Shown here piece by piece: positions 38,188 to 53,595 of a stretch of 64,000 bases of DNA (positions are counted from its first letter, which is position 1; each line of letters starts with the position of its first letter). The notes below the pieces were generated by a model, which searched no databases, was not told the origin of the DNA, and saw nothing but the letters and a program-made list of their open reading frames with translations. Position numbers and translations under genes: made by a program. The DNA lies in assembly GCA_012295275.1 (NCBI GenBank), contig CM022672.1:32550001-32614000 (forward strand), given 5' to 3'. This stretch comes from Chrysomallon squamiferum. Taxonomy: Eukaryota; Animalia; Mollusca.

Positions 38188-41100
38188 GCTATCTGTATCT
38201 GATTCAGTATTAACCAGTTTAACAGACTTGTCTTCATCTATATTTAGTTTAACTGTAGTGAAACTAACTTTGTAATTCTCGATATATGTGTGTTTATATC
38301 GCTTTCAGTTCAGTATATAAGTAGGTACATATTTTGTCAATACATATTTTGGGTTGGTGAATTGAGAATATTAAATATACAGGACAGAATCTAACTCTTT
38401 CTGAGGGGACGGGAGTGTAACCACACCTACAAATTTTTGTGCGGACGTTAGTCACCCCCCATTACCAGTTTCCTCCCTATCTGGGTTCCGCCGTAGAGAT
38501 AAACCTCCAACATTTCTGACAAATATTAGCTCCTCCCACTTCTATCGCCTCCGTCACTCAGCTATTGCCATAGTGACTCAAAGCGCATAATACTGGTAAT
38601 TCTTCTATACGCCTAAATACTGGTGTTTTTTAAAAAAAAAAAGAAAAAAAAAGAATATATTACGAAACTGATATTAATTTAGAATTTTTATATTGCAATC
38701 TTAACCCGATTAACACATTTAGGCTACTACTACTAATAGTAATAATACAACAAGAACAACAACTACTACTACTACAACTACTACTACTAACTAACTAACT
38801 AACTAAATAATAATAATAATAATAATAATAGAGTACTAGTAGTATAATAATGTCGATAATGATGATGTTTTTTTATATTCGTGATAGAAACGTTAAAATA
38901 ATGTTTAATACACTACTAGTACTATTACTACAACTACTACTACTGGTACTTCAATTACTATAACTACTATTAGTACTACTACTACTACTACTATTACTAC
39001 TACTACTACTAATAATAATAATAATTTGGGTAAAGGCTATAAATATTTATTTTATATATATAAACTCAATCTGAAAATATGATATTTTTAATGTCTATAT
39101 TATTATGTATTTAAAATGTATTATGTATTATTCATTATGAACGCCAGCGTAAGGATTACATTTGATAATTAGTATAATATATTATGTATTAAATACATTA
39201 TATCATTCATTACGAAAGTGTGTGTATGGGTTCTCTTCGAGTAATAATGTATTATGTATTTAATACACATGTTATATCATTCATTATAAACGTGTGTGTA
39301 TGAGTTCTTTTTGACCAGTGAGCTGCGGTAGAGGGGTTGGAATATACGGGTTTCTTTACACAGAATAAAAACACAAGTAACTGGGTTGCATTCCCTTGTT
39401 TCTCAGATAAATTTTGCACCGATTAAAAACACAGTTTTGCCCTAAAATTCATGTCTGTGTTGGCTCCTTTTGGAGGGGGTTTGACTCTCCCTTATTCATA
39501 GTCTCGATGATTATGAGTTTCAGGTATTCAAGCCGCTCGTTGCTCAGTAGAGTCAGTACGCCTGTCGATGTATTTATTCTCTGCGACTGTTGAACTTCTA
39601 CACGGCGTTCACTCTGTGACTGAAATCATCAGCCACACTGAACTGAAATTCCATGTCTCCCGGTGTCGACTCCGCGCTACATTCACACACGTCTTGCAGA
39701 TTAATGCCGGGTCTCTACTCGTGTTTGTAAGTTCAGTCTAATGTAGTAGCAGAATCTGTCTTTAGAACCGCGTGTCCTTGGAACAATAAACTGACGTGTC
39801 TGCGGTTTACCTTGCTTATTAAGAACACTTGTCAGTACAGACAGTGCGAAGAAGGAGAAGTTGAAAAAAAAAAAAAAAAAAAAAAAAAACGAGGATGAAA
39901 GCATAGCGTTTGACTGTTAGAACAAAATAAGTGAGTAGGCAGGTGACAAAATTCTAATAGTTTGTATTTGTAGACGTGTAAATACAAAGTAGTAAGTAAA
40001 TATGAAATACAAATAAGTCATAACACAGCTGGTAAATTTACTTTATTTTAATTTATTGTTTTAATTTTTTTTTTTTATAGTTGTTGTTGTTTCTTATTGT
40101 CTTTCTTTTTTGACCTTTTTTCATTGTTTCATTTTTACAACAACTACTACTACTATCATCAATATTATTGTTATTATTACTACTATTGCTACTACTACTA
40201 CTACTGTCATTATTATTATTATTATTATTATAACTACTACTGCTACTACTACTACTATCATCATTTTTATTATTACTATTCCTACTATTGCTACTACTAC
40301 TGCTACTGTTTTACTACTCTTTCTACTACTACCACTACAACTGATCTATAGTTGTTGTTTTGGCTCTAGTTGTAGTAATAATAGTAATTGTATTTTTGTT
40401 TTTTGGGGGGAAATTGTGGGGTTTTGGGTTTTTATCTGAGGTTTTTTTTCTGGGGTGGTTGATTTATATCTGGTCGTATAATGATGGTATTGAGTTTGGG
40501 ATCAGTAGGTTAATATTAGCGTAGCTATGGTGACAGTGGTTACAATACTGTTCCATCCACGACTGTTGTAACAACTACTACTTCAGCTACTGCTACCACT
40601 ATTACTACTGCTGCTATCAGTACTGTTAGTTTTATTACTATAATACTGTTACTCCTGCTTCAATCATCATCACTTATAACGGCTGCGACAATTGTCCCTC
40701 AAATATAACTCAGAATATTACTACTACTACAGCTACTACATACAAGAGCTACTACAAATACTAACATTATTTTATGTTGCTATATAACTCGGTTACGAGT
40801 GCTACGGTAACACAATTATTTCTATGACATCCGAAAGATATAAACGCGCGCGCATTCTGTCAGTTTCCGCATCTTTCTGTTGCAAACTACAGAGAAAAAT
40901 ACAACGTTGTAAATGAATAGAAACGTTGTTTTACAAATTGAAACAATGCCAAAATGTTGTACGTTCATTTCTTTACCCTTGTTCGTGAATGATTGTGGGT
41001 GTGAATGTACGTGTCTCTGTGTTCACACACAGACACACACACAGACACACTCACACAATACTATGGTGTGTGCATCTGCGTCTCTGTGTGTGAGTGTGTG

Positions 41101-42240
41101 AAGATGTACGGTAAAAATATACCCTGAAATTACAGATTTCATTTGTTTTCTTTTTTATTATTACTCCCATTAATGTTTCACATTATCAGTATATATGTAA
41201 TGTACACATTAAAAAAGTACATTCATCTAGAATTAACTTTAAAAAGAAAAAAAAAAGAATTAAAAAAGAGACTTAATTTAGCATTTATAACATGGTTACA
41301 AGAAGTAAAGTACGCCAGGCAGTTTAGATTCATCATAAAAATACAGTTACCATTTCAAGTATTAAATTCTTTAATGTTTCAAATTAACAGTTTTAAAGTT
41401 ACATGTTATTGTAGTATTTTGGTGTGACTATTTTAACAGATAATGTTCTAATTTAAAGATTCTATAGTTAATACCTTTAGACCACTCAAAATCATCATTG
41501 TCGTGTAATAAGTATAACGTAAAATTCTTTTAACAGCATGTTTTAACCACAACACAACCACACGAATTAAAGAATGTATGTTAATACAATCACACATCTA
41601 TGAGATAACGAAGGACTAGAAATATCGTTTGTAATACGGTAACTAAGACTGTAACTAAGATTGATACAATTAACAGCATTTACCCGAAATGTAATCATTC
41701 TTACTTTAATACTAATAGACAACGGGTGTCTGTATAGTTCAAAATAACGATTGGTGCTGACTTGTTAATAAATAATATTTGTCAGGCTTGAGATAACGTT
41801 CTTCAGCTGAATCTATATTAAGATAAAAACATTATTTCACATCCTTATAAGATATTAACTGACAGACTGCTGATAGGCAGTGTAGTGTACACAACAAAGT
41901 GTGTGAGTGTGTTCATTTACCTGACAGATATATTGTTAAAAATACACTAAAATTCATCATCGCCAAAATTACAAACATGACAGAATCGATTTTTTCTCTT
42001 TCTTTAAAACTGCCATTACAAACACACATTCATCTAGTATTACCTTTATAATATACTCTGGGATGACAACATGTAAAAATATACCACAAAATTTAGATTA
42101 ATTATAAAACACGACATATACCATTTTACTCTTTCAGTATTAACATCTATTAATGTTTCGCAGTAGCAGTTAGAAAGTTATGTAACATTGCAGCATATCA
42201 ACTTCCAATGTAACAAAGTTCACGTGTTTTCACGCCGCGC

Positions 42241-42587
42241 CAGAGACTCGCAATCTTACAACCGTGTTTCAGACGTGACAGAGACTCGCAATCATACAAC
42301 CGTGTTTCAGACGTGACAGAGACTTGCAATCTTACAACCGTGTTTCAGACGTGACAGAGACTCGCAATCTTACAGCCGTGTTTCAGACGTGACAGAGACT
42401 CGCAATCTTACAACCGTGTTTCAGACGTGACAGAGACTCGCAATCTTACAGCCGTGTTTCAGACGTGAGAGAGACTTGCAATCTTACAACCGTATTTCAG
42501 ACGTGACAGAGACTCGCAATCTTACAACCGTGCTTCAGACGTGACAGAGACTTGTAGTCTTACCACCGTGTTTCAGACGTGACAGAG
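42241..42587. repeat. 38-bp minisatellite, 9 copies plus a partial (cagagactcgcaatcttacaaccgtgtttcagacgtga)
   Basis: Exact 38-bp period, few substitutions, no spacers. Confidence 0.97.
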
Positions 42588-43228
42588 GATTGCGGCCTGT
42601 TGCACTGGAACTGAGATGCAAGCCGATCTAGAAAATACCCGGAGTATATTTTATGTTGAAGATTTTTTGGTTTCAAAAGCAAAAAGAAAAATTCATGTAA
42701 GTTAAATCATGTCTTTTCGATCATTCCATTAAAATAATATTAATACAAATTTTAAAAATGTAAATATCTCTATGGCAACAAGTTTGTTATGAAACAAGGA
42801 AACAAAGATGAAGCACATTCTGAGACACTTTTTTTTTTTGAGGAACTCAAACTCAGGTTCTACATGTTGTATTTTTTAATTTATTTTATTTTCGTTATTT
42901 TATTATTATGTTATTTTTATTTATGTTATTTTTATTTTTATTTTCATTTTCTTTTTTGTTTTGAAGAAAAAAAGATATTAAAAAAATAAGAAAAAAGTAA
43001 TAAAAGAAAAGAAGAAAAAAGTAAATACATCTTGATAGAAATTTCATTTAAGATTTCTGTAATAAATGTTTAATTCTCTGCAGAAAAGAGCTATTACAAG
43101 TTTTTTATTTAATACATTTCAAACGTTTATTTTAAAATTTATAAAATAAGATTTTCTCTTAACACAACACAGAAAGGAAGACTTAATATCATGTAATTAT
43201 TGTGATAAATAATTAACAAAATAGTTTT

Positions 43229-43259
<31 letters not shown>

Positions 43260-43553
43260 GTAATAATCTTTATCGTTCGTCTTTGTCATTATTATTATTA
43301 TTAATTTACAATATTTGGCAGACACTCCGGGAAGCAAATAATTCTGTTTCGTAATTCATTCAATAGCTGAACATATATTAAAAATAAACTTTAAAGAAAA
43401 TGCGACTTACTATTATCAGAAACCCTTTGACAACCAATAAAATAATATTACATGAAATGCAAAAATCTGCATCTTTTATTGACTAAATGTTTGCCTCTGT
43501 AGTTTTTAACGATTTGCCAAACATTCTTTTTTTCCTTTAATTTAAAATTTAAT

Positions 43554-43644
<91 letters not shown>

Positions 43645-43901
43645 TAGAAAAGTGGTAAAGTGTGACTAATATTAAACACGGACACAAAAGTGAGACTGTA
43701 CTGAGTTGATGTAGATGGAGTCTTCACACGTCGGTACACTGTGAAAACAAACATTATTGTGTAGTCTACGAGGAAACAGTCATTGAGACCTACAAAATGT
43801 CTTGTCAGCGGTAAATAAATGATATTAACCTCAAGGGTATGTAAAGCTTAGTAAAATTCTCTTCAACTGATAATTGCCTTCGTTAATTTTAGTTCAGTCT
43901 T

Positions 43902-43935
<34 letters not shown>

Positions 43936-45409
43936 CCATCTTATAAATAAATAAATAAATACATACATAAATAATTCCTCCAGATAACAAACAATGCTAT
44001 CCTTTCGAAATAGGCGTTCGACAGGCGTGCAAATACTGAACAATTTATACTTGACAGGCAATTTGTATAAAGTTAAATTTAATTTGAAACCAAACACTGA
44101 TTTTAACCCTAATGTAAACGTAATCGTAACACTAAATCTATTTATAACAATGAAACAATTTTATTAACCGTCGAACGTTAGTTTTATATCAGTTACCACA
44201 TCCTGACTGTGTTCTAAACAAAATGATACTAATACATTAAATATTCTTAAATAAAAAACAAAGCAAAAAAAAAAAAAAAAAAAAAACATATCTTTAACTT
44301 TTTTATATTTTATTTCTTTTTAGATCTGATCTTAACCGTAACCAAACCAGTAAAAACATCTAAACTTTTAGACTAAAAGTCTGAACATAAAGCACTTTAA
44401 CCTAGTAACTAACCCTGGCAGTAATTTACACTTTGCCTGTATAATAAATTGTTTATTGAGATCAAAAATTATTTTAAATCTAATAATAATAATAATGTAG
44501 AATATGTCTTAAATAAACGACTGAATGAAATAAAAATAACTAACTAGATTACCTAGCACTGATTTCAACTATATTAATAACTTTAAATCTACAAATTATC
44601 ACTAAATACAATATTAAAACTTAAATCTCTTTCCTAACCCTAAATATACCCTAAATGAATCCTCACCTTTATTTTGTATTGCTGAAATTTTATTCAGAGA
44701 TTTGTTCTGAAAGAAAATAATGTCTAAGATTTTAATTAAAATTGTTTCCCTTCACTTAACCTCAGGAAGTTGTCTATGACAGTAGCTTAAAAGTTAAAAC
44801 AAGAAAAAAAACTCAGTATAAGTCAACTGTTTATTTGTACAGAGAAAACAAAGATTAAATAAACATTTTTAATCTGCACCTATTTCACATCTTTGTATAT
44901 AATAACCTGTCAAAGGAAAAGCTAGTAAAACTGACTAGTGAAAAATACAAACAACTATAATATATATTTTTTTAGTGCATAACAATTTCTTTGATTCAGT
45001 GTTATGACGCTCAGTGGCCTAGTCACCATATATGTATTTGTATATGAATACACTATTCAAAAGTAACACAGATATTTACATTTATTTACAAAATAATAAA
45101 ATAAATTTAATAATTATCTCCCTTGAATCAAACACTTTTTAATCTAAAATGTGCAGCTTTTTTTACACAATCATCAAGATTCTAACATCAATCAATTTTC
45201 AAAAAAGTAATGTCTGTTTGTCACATACTTGACTACTTGGTCCTGTGTCTGATCCAAACATTCTGTATACTGATCTACATCTGACTACATGTTGCATGAA
45301 TAACATTGTGACTTTGAATCTATATTCACCGTATTTAAATTCTTCAATAAGTTTAGTCCATGCTTCAGACAAGTAATGTTTTTAAAATTTTTGGTGTTGA
45401 ACTTTGTAT

Positions 45410-46732
45410 AAAATTTCAGTATTCTCCAAGCATTCAGTTCTTCATATTTGTTTTTGAGATGTTCATCTTCTGTTTGCTTAGTTCAGGATGACCAGACAAC
45501 TTTAAAAACTTGGAGGCAAACTTGACAAGTCATTTAGAATCAATGTCACTTCTCACATGTATTCTTTCTTTCTCAAAACAAGCTCATGATAAGGAACCCT
45601 GAAGATAATAATAAAAAAAAATGTAAAAGTTATAATTAAAATTAAAATAATATTCAGAGTTACATAGATTAGATTGAAATGTCCTTGATTATAAATATTT
45701 ACCTGGAAATGTAGATTATACAATTTGACATGTAAAATGAAGACTAGATATAAATGAAATGTGATGTTTTTTGACTTAATAGTAGAGAGCTGAGCTGAGA
45801 AGTAACAGAATGTAATATCAGTTTTGAAAACTGAAAACACAAACAGCTGTCTTAATTAACAGTGAAAATTTAGATGGTTTTTCTCTCACAGTTTCATTAT
45901 CAAAAATAACAATAATGTCTGTCATCTGAAGAAGATTTTTTCAAATTATTAATCAGAAAATGATTTTAGTGAACTTCATGGTAACTGAAAGGTCTGAGAG
46001 ACAAGTTCACACTTATTTACCAATCAAGCAGCCTGTTAAACTAGCATGATGGGTGATGTGAAACATCTGACAGTCAACTGTTGTTCTGTTTCTCTGCTCT
46101 GTTATGTGAGAATTTGCTGTGTTTAGATTTCTGTACTCTGTGTACAACAATCAGCTTGTGTCTGAAAAATAAAATAAAACATTAAAAAACAAGACAAATG
46201 TTAGAATTACAAATGTAATGTACACACAGTTTACTTACCAATCACTGAGTCTGTTAACTAGCACTGGATGTGTGATGTAAAACATCTGATAGTAACAGTA
46301 TTACAAATCTATTTTTATCATTTCAATTCAGAGTAATATTTTCAACAGTAAACAAGTACAGTTAATTTAAATGAAATAAAATTAAGTCAAAGTGCATTTC
46401 AGTATCTCATCTACACCTATCATTATTTACAAATAAACAATAAAATTATATGTAATAATATTAATATTAAAACATTCTCAGGTGACATTAAGTAATTTAT
46501 TATTCTAAAAGTTTATAAAATCTGGTAGTAAACTGAATTACCTGTCCATTGTACCCAGCATCTGTTTACAAACATGTTGAGTACATCTGAGTGTCTGAGT
46601 CTGTACAAATTTCCCTCAAAATCTAGAACTGGCAAACTGATTGTTCTTCCATGAATTGTACACTGCAGACATGGTCAAGTGGTCAATCTTGCCTGATTGG
46701 ACCTTTTTCTGATCAGCAAGGGCTTGTTTATC
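45410..46732 (-). pseudogene. DHX8: DHX8/Prp22 DEAH-box helicase pseudogene fragment (last three exons: 46732-46542, 46161-46021, 45598-~45410)
   Basis: [59 protein letters not shown]|HKLIVV.RVQK...HPSC*FNRLLDW|VPYHELVLRKKEYM*EVT...LSKQK...NKYEELNAWRI matches the DHX8 C-terminus ([10 protein letters not shown]...[17 protein letters not shown]...KQMLGIMDRHKL...WVVYHELVLTTKEYMREVT...YEEPNAWRI). Stops, deletions and frameshifts present; introns retained. Confidence 0.92.
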
Positions 46733-46921
46733 CTGCAAAATAAATAAATAAAATTAATTTATCAAAAAAAAAAAAAAAAAAAATAGATTTTTATCATTGA
46801 CAACCCTCAACTGAGAGTAGTAGACTGTCTCCTGGGCTGATCTGACTCTGGATTCTGACAAACAGAAATTATTTATATTACTGATTCAGAAAGAATTTTG
46901 AAATACTACTACTACTACTAC

Positions 46922-46974
<53 letters not shown>

Positions 46975-48405
46975 TAATTATAAAAATAAACTAAGTAATT
47001 ATAAATAAAGAACAAATAAATGGAACCTTAAAAAATGTAATATTTCAAAAAATATAATAATTAAGAAATATATTATTTTATAATGTAACAAATAAAGAAA
47101 TAAAAATTAAAAAACAATACAACTATCTGTTGATATGAATGCCTCACCTGAATTTACTATTATATAATATTTATACTCACTTCTCATTAGTGGTTTTTTT
47201 TTTTACATTCTGCTAGAAAACCTGCATGTTACAGGCAATTAATTCTGTCTAGTGCATTAAAGGAAAACGTTTTTACATTAGTTTTTACTTTCTGAATGTT
47301 TTATCAGGTGGAACAAAAAACAAATAAAAACGCACACAAAGAATCCACATTGATCAGTTTTGAATGATTACTATGGATTTTGTCCTTTTTGACTTTCACT
47401 CTTTTTATTAATTTCTTGTTTTGTTTTATAATGTTTTATTTCTGTGTTATAAAATATGAATTACTAGTATCCCATTCCATGAACCTCTCCAACCCAATCC
47501 AATATATACATATTATTCAAACTGCAGTATTTCTACAAAATAACAAAGTAATTAGTCTCTGTTTACATACTTCAAAAGAAATAATTAAAAAAAATAAAAT
47601 AAAATAAAATAAAATTCATTCAGATTTTGAAACAACAGAAAGTTGTATAAAGGTTATGTGAAAAGAATGGTCAGTTTTTCCCAGACTTTCTTTCTGTCAT
47701 TTTGTAGTGTTTGTTTTAAATATGTATATGTCACATTTGGAAACTCTAGCACAAACAGTTTTCATACATCATCTTTCTAAAAATGTTAGGACAGTACAAA
47801 CAAGATAGATGACAAAAACAAAAAACAAATGAAGTTTAAAAACCATATTTCCATTTACTATGTCTGTAGGGGTTATGTTATGTATTATTATTATTATGTA
47901 ATCTGTGTATATGCACTTCCTGTTACAAAAAATCTGAAACATTTATCTGAAAAAGTTATTTTTTTATGTATATTTTCTAAAACAATTTTGTTTATTAAAA
48001 TTGTGTTCTTTTTCATCTAATGTGACATCTTAAATGTTATTCACTTAAAGGTATCCAGTAACACAGACAAAGCTTTAAAATTTACATGTTCAAATATTCT
48101 AGCAAATTCCTCAGCTTTTCTAAATAATACAGACCCAGATACTGGGAGATTTTTACCCTTTGTATGTTTTAACCATTTCAAAGTTCCAGTTTGTGTGTTA
48201 AATTCAGATAGACATTTATTTGCAGAATAGAAAAAACAAGCATTATTTGACTCAGATAATTACAATTATGTTAATTTGTAATTAGGTCATCTTATTATTT
48301 TATATTATAATAGGAAAATATCATAAATGTTCCATATTTTAATAGTCAAATCCTGCATTAATATTAAACAATAGGTGTAAGTAATGTAACTTGTTTATCT
48401 CTTAC

Positions 48406-50594
48406 TTGAGTGTAAAGAATCATAATCTGAGTGAGAAGGAAGACACTTGATTCAAAAGGATGAAGACAAACAAATGGATCTGAAAATAAAATATCATGAT
48501 ACTGTATATAGCCCGTATATACTGTTAACACTATAATTTTCTTATTTCAATTCTTTGCAAATATCCCAAGTCGACTATTTAAGATTTTATTTCTGATATA
48601 AGTATGCACAGTCTATATATCTGCTATTAACGTTCTTATTTCAGTTCTTTGCAAACACCACAAGTAAACTATTTAAGTTTTAGCTTTTACTTATCTTTGT
48701 GATGTAAATGTAAGTTTGCCTAACATATAACTGTATTATAAAATAGAAACAATCTTGTACTTGAAGACAAAAATAAAATTTTATTAAGAAGTTCAAGCTT
48801 ACCTTATTCTACTTCTGCATCTTCAAAATCAATCAGGGTCATGGACTGGACATGTTTGATACTTTGAGGTGAGGAGGAAACTTGCTGATAGTCACCATGT
48901 TGAGAGTTTTCTGTTTGTGTTTAGTTTCACAGGACAAAGTAGGACTGCTTTTCTGAAACTGAAGATGTTGATAAAACTCTCAGGATTAAACAAAAAAGAG
49001 AAAAAAGTTTAAATTTACAGATAGATTTACACATACAGTAGAAATGCTGATATGATTATCAGTTTAATGGGTTTGATCATAACCATAATTAAGATGAAGG
49101 CAACATGAAAATAATTTATATCTTAGAATCCACAGTCACTTGACACAAAATGAGATAATGTACCTCAGTACATTTTGGGAATTTCACCATTTTAAAAGTA
49201 AATATAATTTATGAAATATAATACCAAAAGCTGACAAAAACTCAAGATGTCACTGGATCACATGACTTCATGACAACATTCACAACTTCTAATGTATGCT
49301 ATGTCATCTGTATGCTGATTATGTAGATTACTTTTAAAATCAGTTATTAAAGCTGGGGAGAATTTGTACTACTTTTTTTTTATGTATGGGTGGCTTTTGT
49401 CTGTGCATTTTTGGTTGGAGGGTTTTTTGTTTTGAGGAGCTTTTGGCTGTGTTCACAGTTTTACATCTTAGTTATATTAACTAACAATGTGCTTCATCAT
49501 GTTCATTCAGAAAATAAATTAAACTGAGAATATATTTTAATAAAATAATAATAAAATAAAACTTTATAAATAGAATATTCTGCAAATATTATTCCAGTGA
49601 ATTTGGTAATTATAAAAAAAAACATCTTTAGCACATGAAAGGGAATAAAAAAAAAATGATATGATAATCATAAAATAATAAATCTATCAGTAACAAATAA
49701 AAACAACTTTCATTTATTTTAAGGTTTCTAAACTATCATCTGATAGGAATTACAAATTTCTAATGGAAATTATGACTTTCTTGTTACTTTAAAAAATGTT
49801 ATACTATTTTTTATTCACTATCAATTCACACAACACTGAGTTATAAAACCTCCCCAAAATTAAGTTTAATAAATCCTCAACAGGTAGTCATATTTATAAT
49901 TCTTTTTTTTTTTTTTTTTTTTTTTAATAGTTTACCTGAAGCAGTTTAATTTGTCCATCACCCGGAACGACGTCTGCCTCAACAGACAAAGTTGTTGCTA
50001 TGGATACCAGTACTACTGTTACTGAGTTTGCACTGATATCTCTATTCCTCCTAATCTCAACCTAAATCACAAATAAATCTTTACATATAACATTTCATAT
50101 CTTGATTTTACATTCTTGAGTAATCTTTAAGTTTTCTTAAATTGGTTATCTATTAAACAGAAACCTGACTTGAATTTACATTTATATTGATAAATATCTA
50201 AGAAGAGTATTTATATATTTTCAGTATATAAAAATAATTTTTACTATTATCTGACCTCTATTCTTAACTAAAAACTAAACAATAACAAGAATGAAAAAAA
50301 TCATGAAAGGAAGAAGAAATAGCATGAAATAGCATTTTAAAATAGCATTAACATTAATAATAACAACATTATTATTAAAGTAATAAAAATCAAAACAATA
50401 AATAAATATATAAATAAATAAAAAGTATGATTAAACAGAAAAAAATCAAACAAAACACTTACCTTTTTACCAATGAGGATGGGATTTTGATGCTGAACTT
50501 TCTTGCTAACTTGTTGACACAACTGCAGAAAAATTATTTAACAATTATTACAAATACTGACAAAGTAATTTGAATATATCTAATTATATAGATA

Positions 50595-50680
<86 letters not shown>

Positions 50681-51849
50681 GAATTTTCCTTCTGTACATA
50701 TGCTGTAATTTATAACAAAATAGATGTTATTATATGTAACAATTTAAGTTAAGTCAGAAAGGAGTAACACTAGGCTATAAACAGCACATTTATCAACACT
50801 ATTAAAATATTTATTGTTTAACATGCATTTATTGTTTTACAATGAATCTGTCAAATTTGTTTTCTAAAATCTGTCTGGAACTGTGTGTTAACAGTTTTTT
50901 AACAAGTGTGTTTGAAATTGTAATGATGAAAAGTGGAGAAATGCTGATTTTAAACTGACACAGTTTTCTAACAGACATTACTTACTAGGAATGAGACTTT
51001 CCGAGAAGCTGGACAACAGTGGGGTGACACTTCCAGACATTTCCTACTCCTCAACTTGACCAGCTGCCTCAGAGAGAAACCATCTTGATGAAAAGTTAGA
51101 GTACTCCCACCTTGTTCACCAGCCAGTCTGAACACAGGATACTCAACTAAAAAACAAAACAGTAAACATCACAATCTACTTAACATTACCTACAGTGTGT
51201 TTATCACAAACTTATATCTTCAGTGTTCAAGTAATATTCTGACACAAAAGCTGAATACAGAGCAGTTATTAACTAAACAAAAGTTAAAAATAAATAATTT
51301 AATACTCTGTGGAGAAATATTTTAAAATGTCATTTAATAGAAATTCAGAATGACACCAAAACCTACAGCTATTCTGAATCTGTGATTTACATTTATTTTC
51401 TTATTTATATTTATCAGATACAGATAGTAATACTTTGATATGTCCATACTAGGAAACTGACTTCATGTCTTTATTGATGAAACATATTTAGTGATAACTT
51501 TGATAAAACTGACATTGGAGCAGAAACAAACAATGATATTCTAACACAGAAAATGAAACATCTAACACAAATATAGATAAAATATATAACATACATCATA
51601 ATAATATATATATTATTTTATCACTTAATGAATATATATGAAATGTATATAGAAAACAACAACAATCTTCTTCATAATTTGGTGTCACTCACTGTCAAAG
51701 AAACACACACACTCCTGTCTCCATCTCATCAAGTCTACAACATCAGCAGTTAATCTGTCGAGAGTTTTCTGTTTGTGTTTGGTTTCTCAGGACAAAGTAG
51801 GACTGCTTTTCTCAAACTGAAGATGTTGATAACACTGTCATGATTAAAA

Positions 51850-51907
<58 letters not shown>

Positions 51908-53516
51908 TTAAATTTATAGACAGATTTACATATACAGTAGAAATGCTGGTATGATTATCAATTTAATGTGTATGTTTGATCATAACCATAATTAAGATGA
52001 AGGCAACATGAAGAGAATTTATATCTTAGAATCCACAGTCACTTGACACAAAATGAGATAATGTACCTCAGTATATTTTGGGAATTTCACCATTTTAAAA
52101 GTAAATATAGTTTATGAAATGTAATACCAAAAACTGACAAAAGCTCAAGATGTCACTGGATCACATGACTTCATGACTGAATTCACAACTTCTAATGTAT
52201 GCTATACACCTGTATGCTAATTATGTAGATTACTTTCAAATCAGTTATTAAAGCTGGGGAGAATTTCTACTACTTTTTTTTTTCTTTTTTTTAAGTATGA
52301 GCAGCTTTTGTCTGTGCATTTTTTGGTTGGAGGGTTTTTTGTTTTGAGGAGCTTTTGGCTCTGTTCACAGTTTTACATCTTAGTTATATTAACTAACAAT
52401 GTGCTTCATCATGTTCATTCAGAAAATAAATTGAACTGAGAATATATTTTTAAAAATAATAATAAAATAAAACTTTATAGATAAAATATTCTACAAATAT
52501 TATTGCAATGAATTTGGTAATTATATATAAAAAAAACATGTTTAGCACATGAAAGGGAATACAAAAAAAATGATATGATAATCATAAAATAATAAATCTA
52601 TCAGTAACAAATAAAAACAACTTTCATTTATTTTAAGGTTTCTAAACTATCATCTGATAGGAATTACAAATTTCTAATGGAATTTATGACTTTCTTGATA
52701 CTTTAAAAAAATGTATACTATTTTTTATTCACTATCAATTCACACAACACTGAGTTATAAAACCTCCCCAAAATTAAGTTTAATAAATCCTCAACAGGTA
52801 GTCATATTTATAATTCTTTTATTTAATTTAATTTTTTTATTTTATTTTTTTAATAGTTTACCTGAAGCTGTTTAATTTGTCCATCAACTGAAATCACGTC
52901 TGCCTCAACAGACAGAGTCGTTGCTATGGATACCTGTTCTATTGTTACTGAGTTTGCACTGATATCTCTATTCCTCCTAATCTCAACCTAAATCACAAAT
53001 AAATATTTACATATAACATTTCATATCTTGATTTTACATTTTTGAGGAATCTTTAAGTTGTCTTAAATTGGTTATCTATTAAACAGAAACCTGACTTGAA
53101 TTTACATTTATACTGATAAGTATCTAAGAAGAGTATTTATATATTTTCAGTATATAAAAATAATTTTTACTATTATCTGACCTCTATTCTTAACTAAAAA
53201 CTAAACAATAACAAGAATGAAAAAAATCATGAAAGGAAGAAGAAATAGCATGAAATAGCATTTTAAAATAGCATTAACATTAATAATAACAACATTATTA
53301 TTAAAGTAATAAAAATCAAAACAATAAATAAATATATAAATAAATAAAAAGTATGATTAAACAGAAAAAAATCAAACAAAACACTCACCTTTTTACCAAT
53401 GAGGATGGGATTTTGATGCTGAACTTTCTTGCTAACTTGCATGACACAACTGCAGAAAAATTATTTAACAATTATTAATAATACTGTTAAAGTAATTTGA
53501 ATATATCTAATTATAT

Positions 53517-53595
<79 letters not shown>

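Noticed and set aside
42241-42587. 38-bp repeat array as CRISPR
   Set aside because: Units are contiguous with no unique spacers, there are no cas genes and the context is eukaryotic.
49994-50007. X-box-like GTTGCTATGGATAC (also at ~52920)
   Set aside because: Lies inside a reconstructed coding exon (VSIAT), far from any evident TSS.
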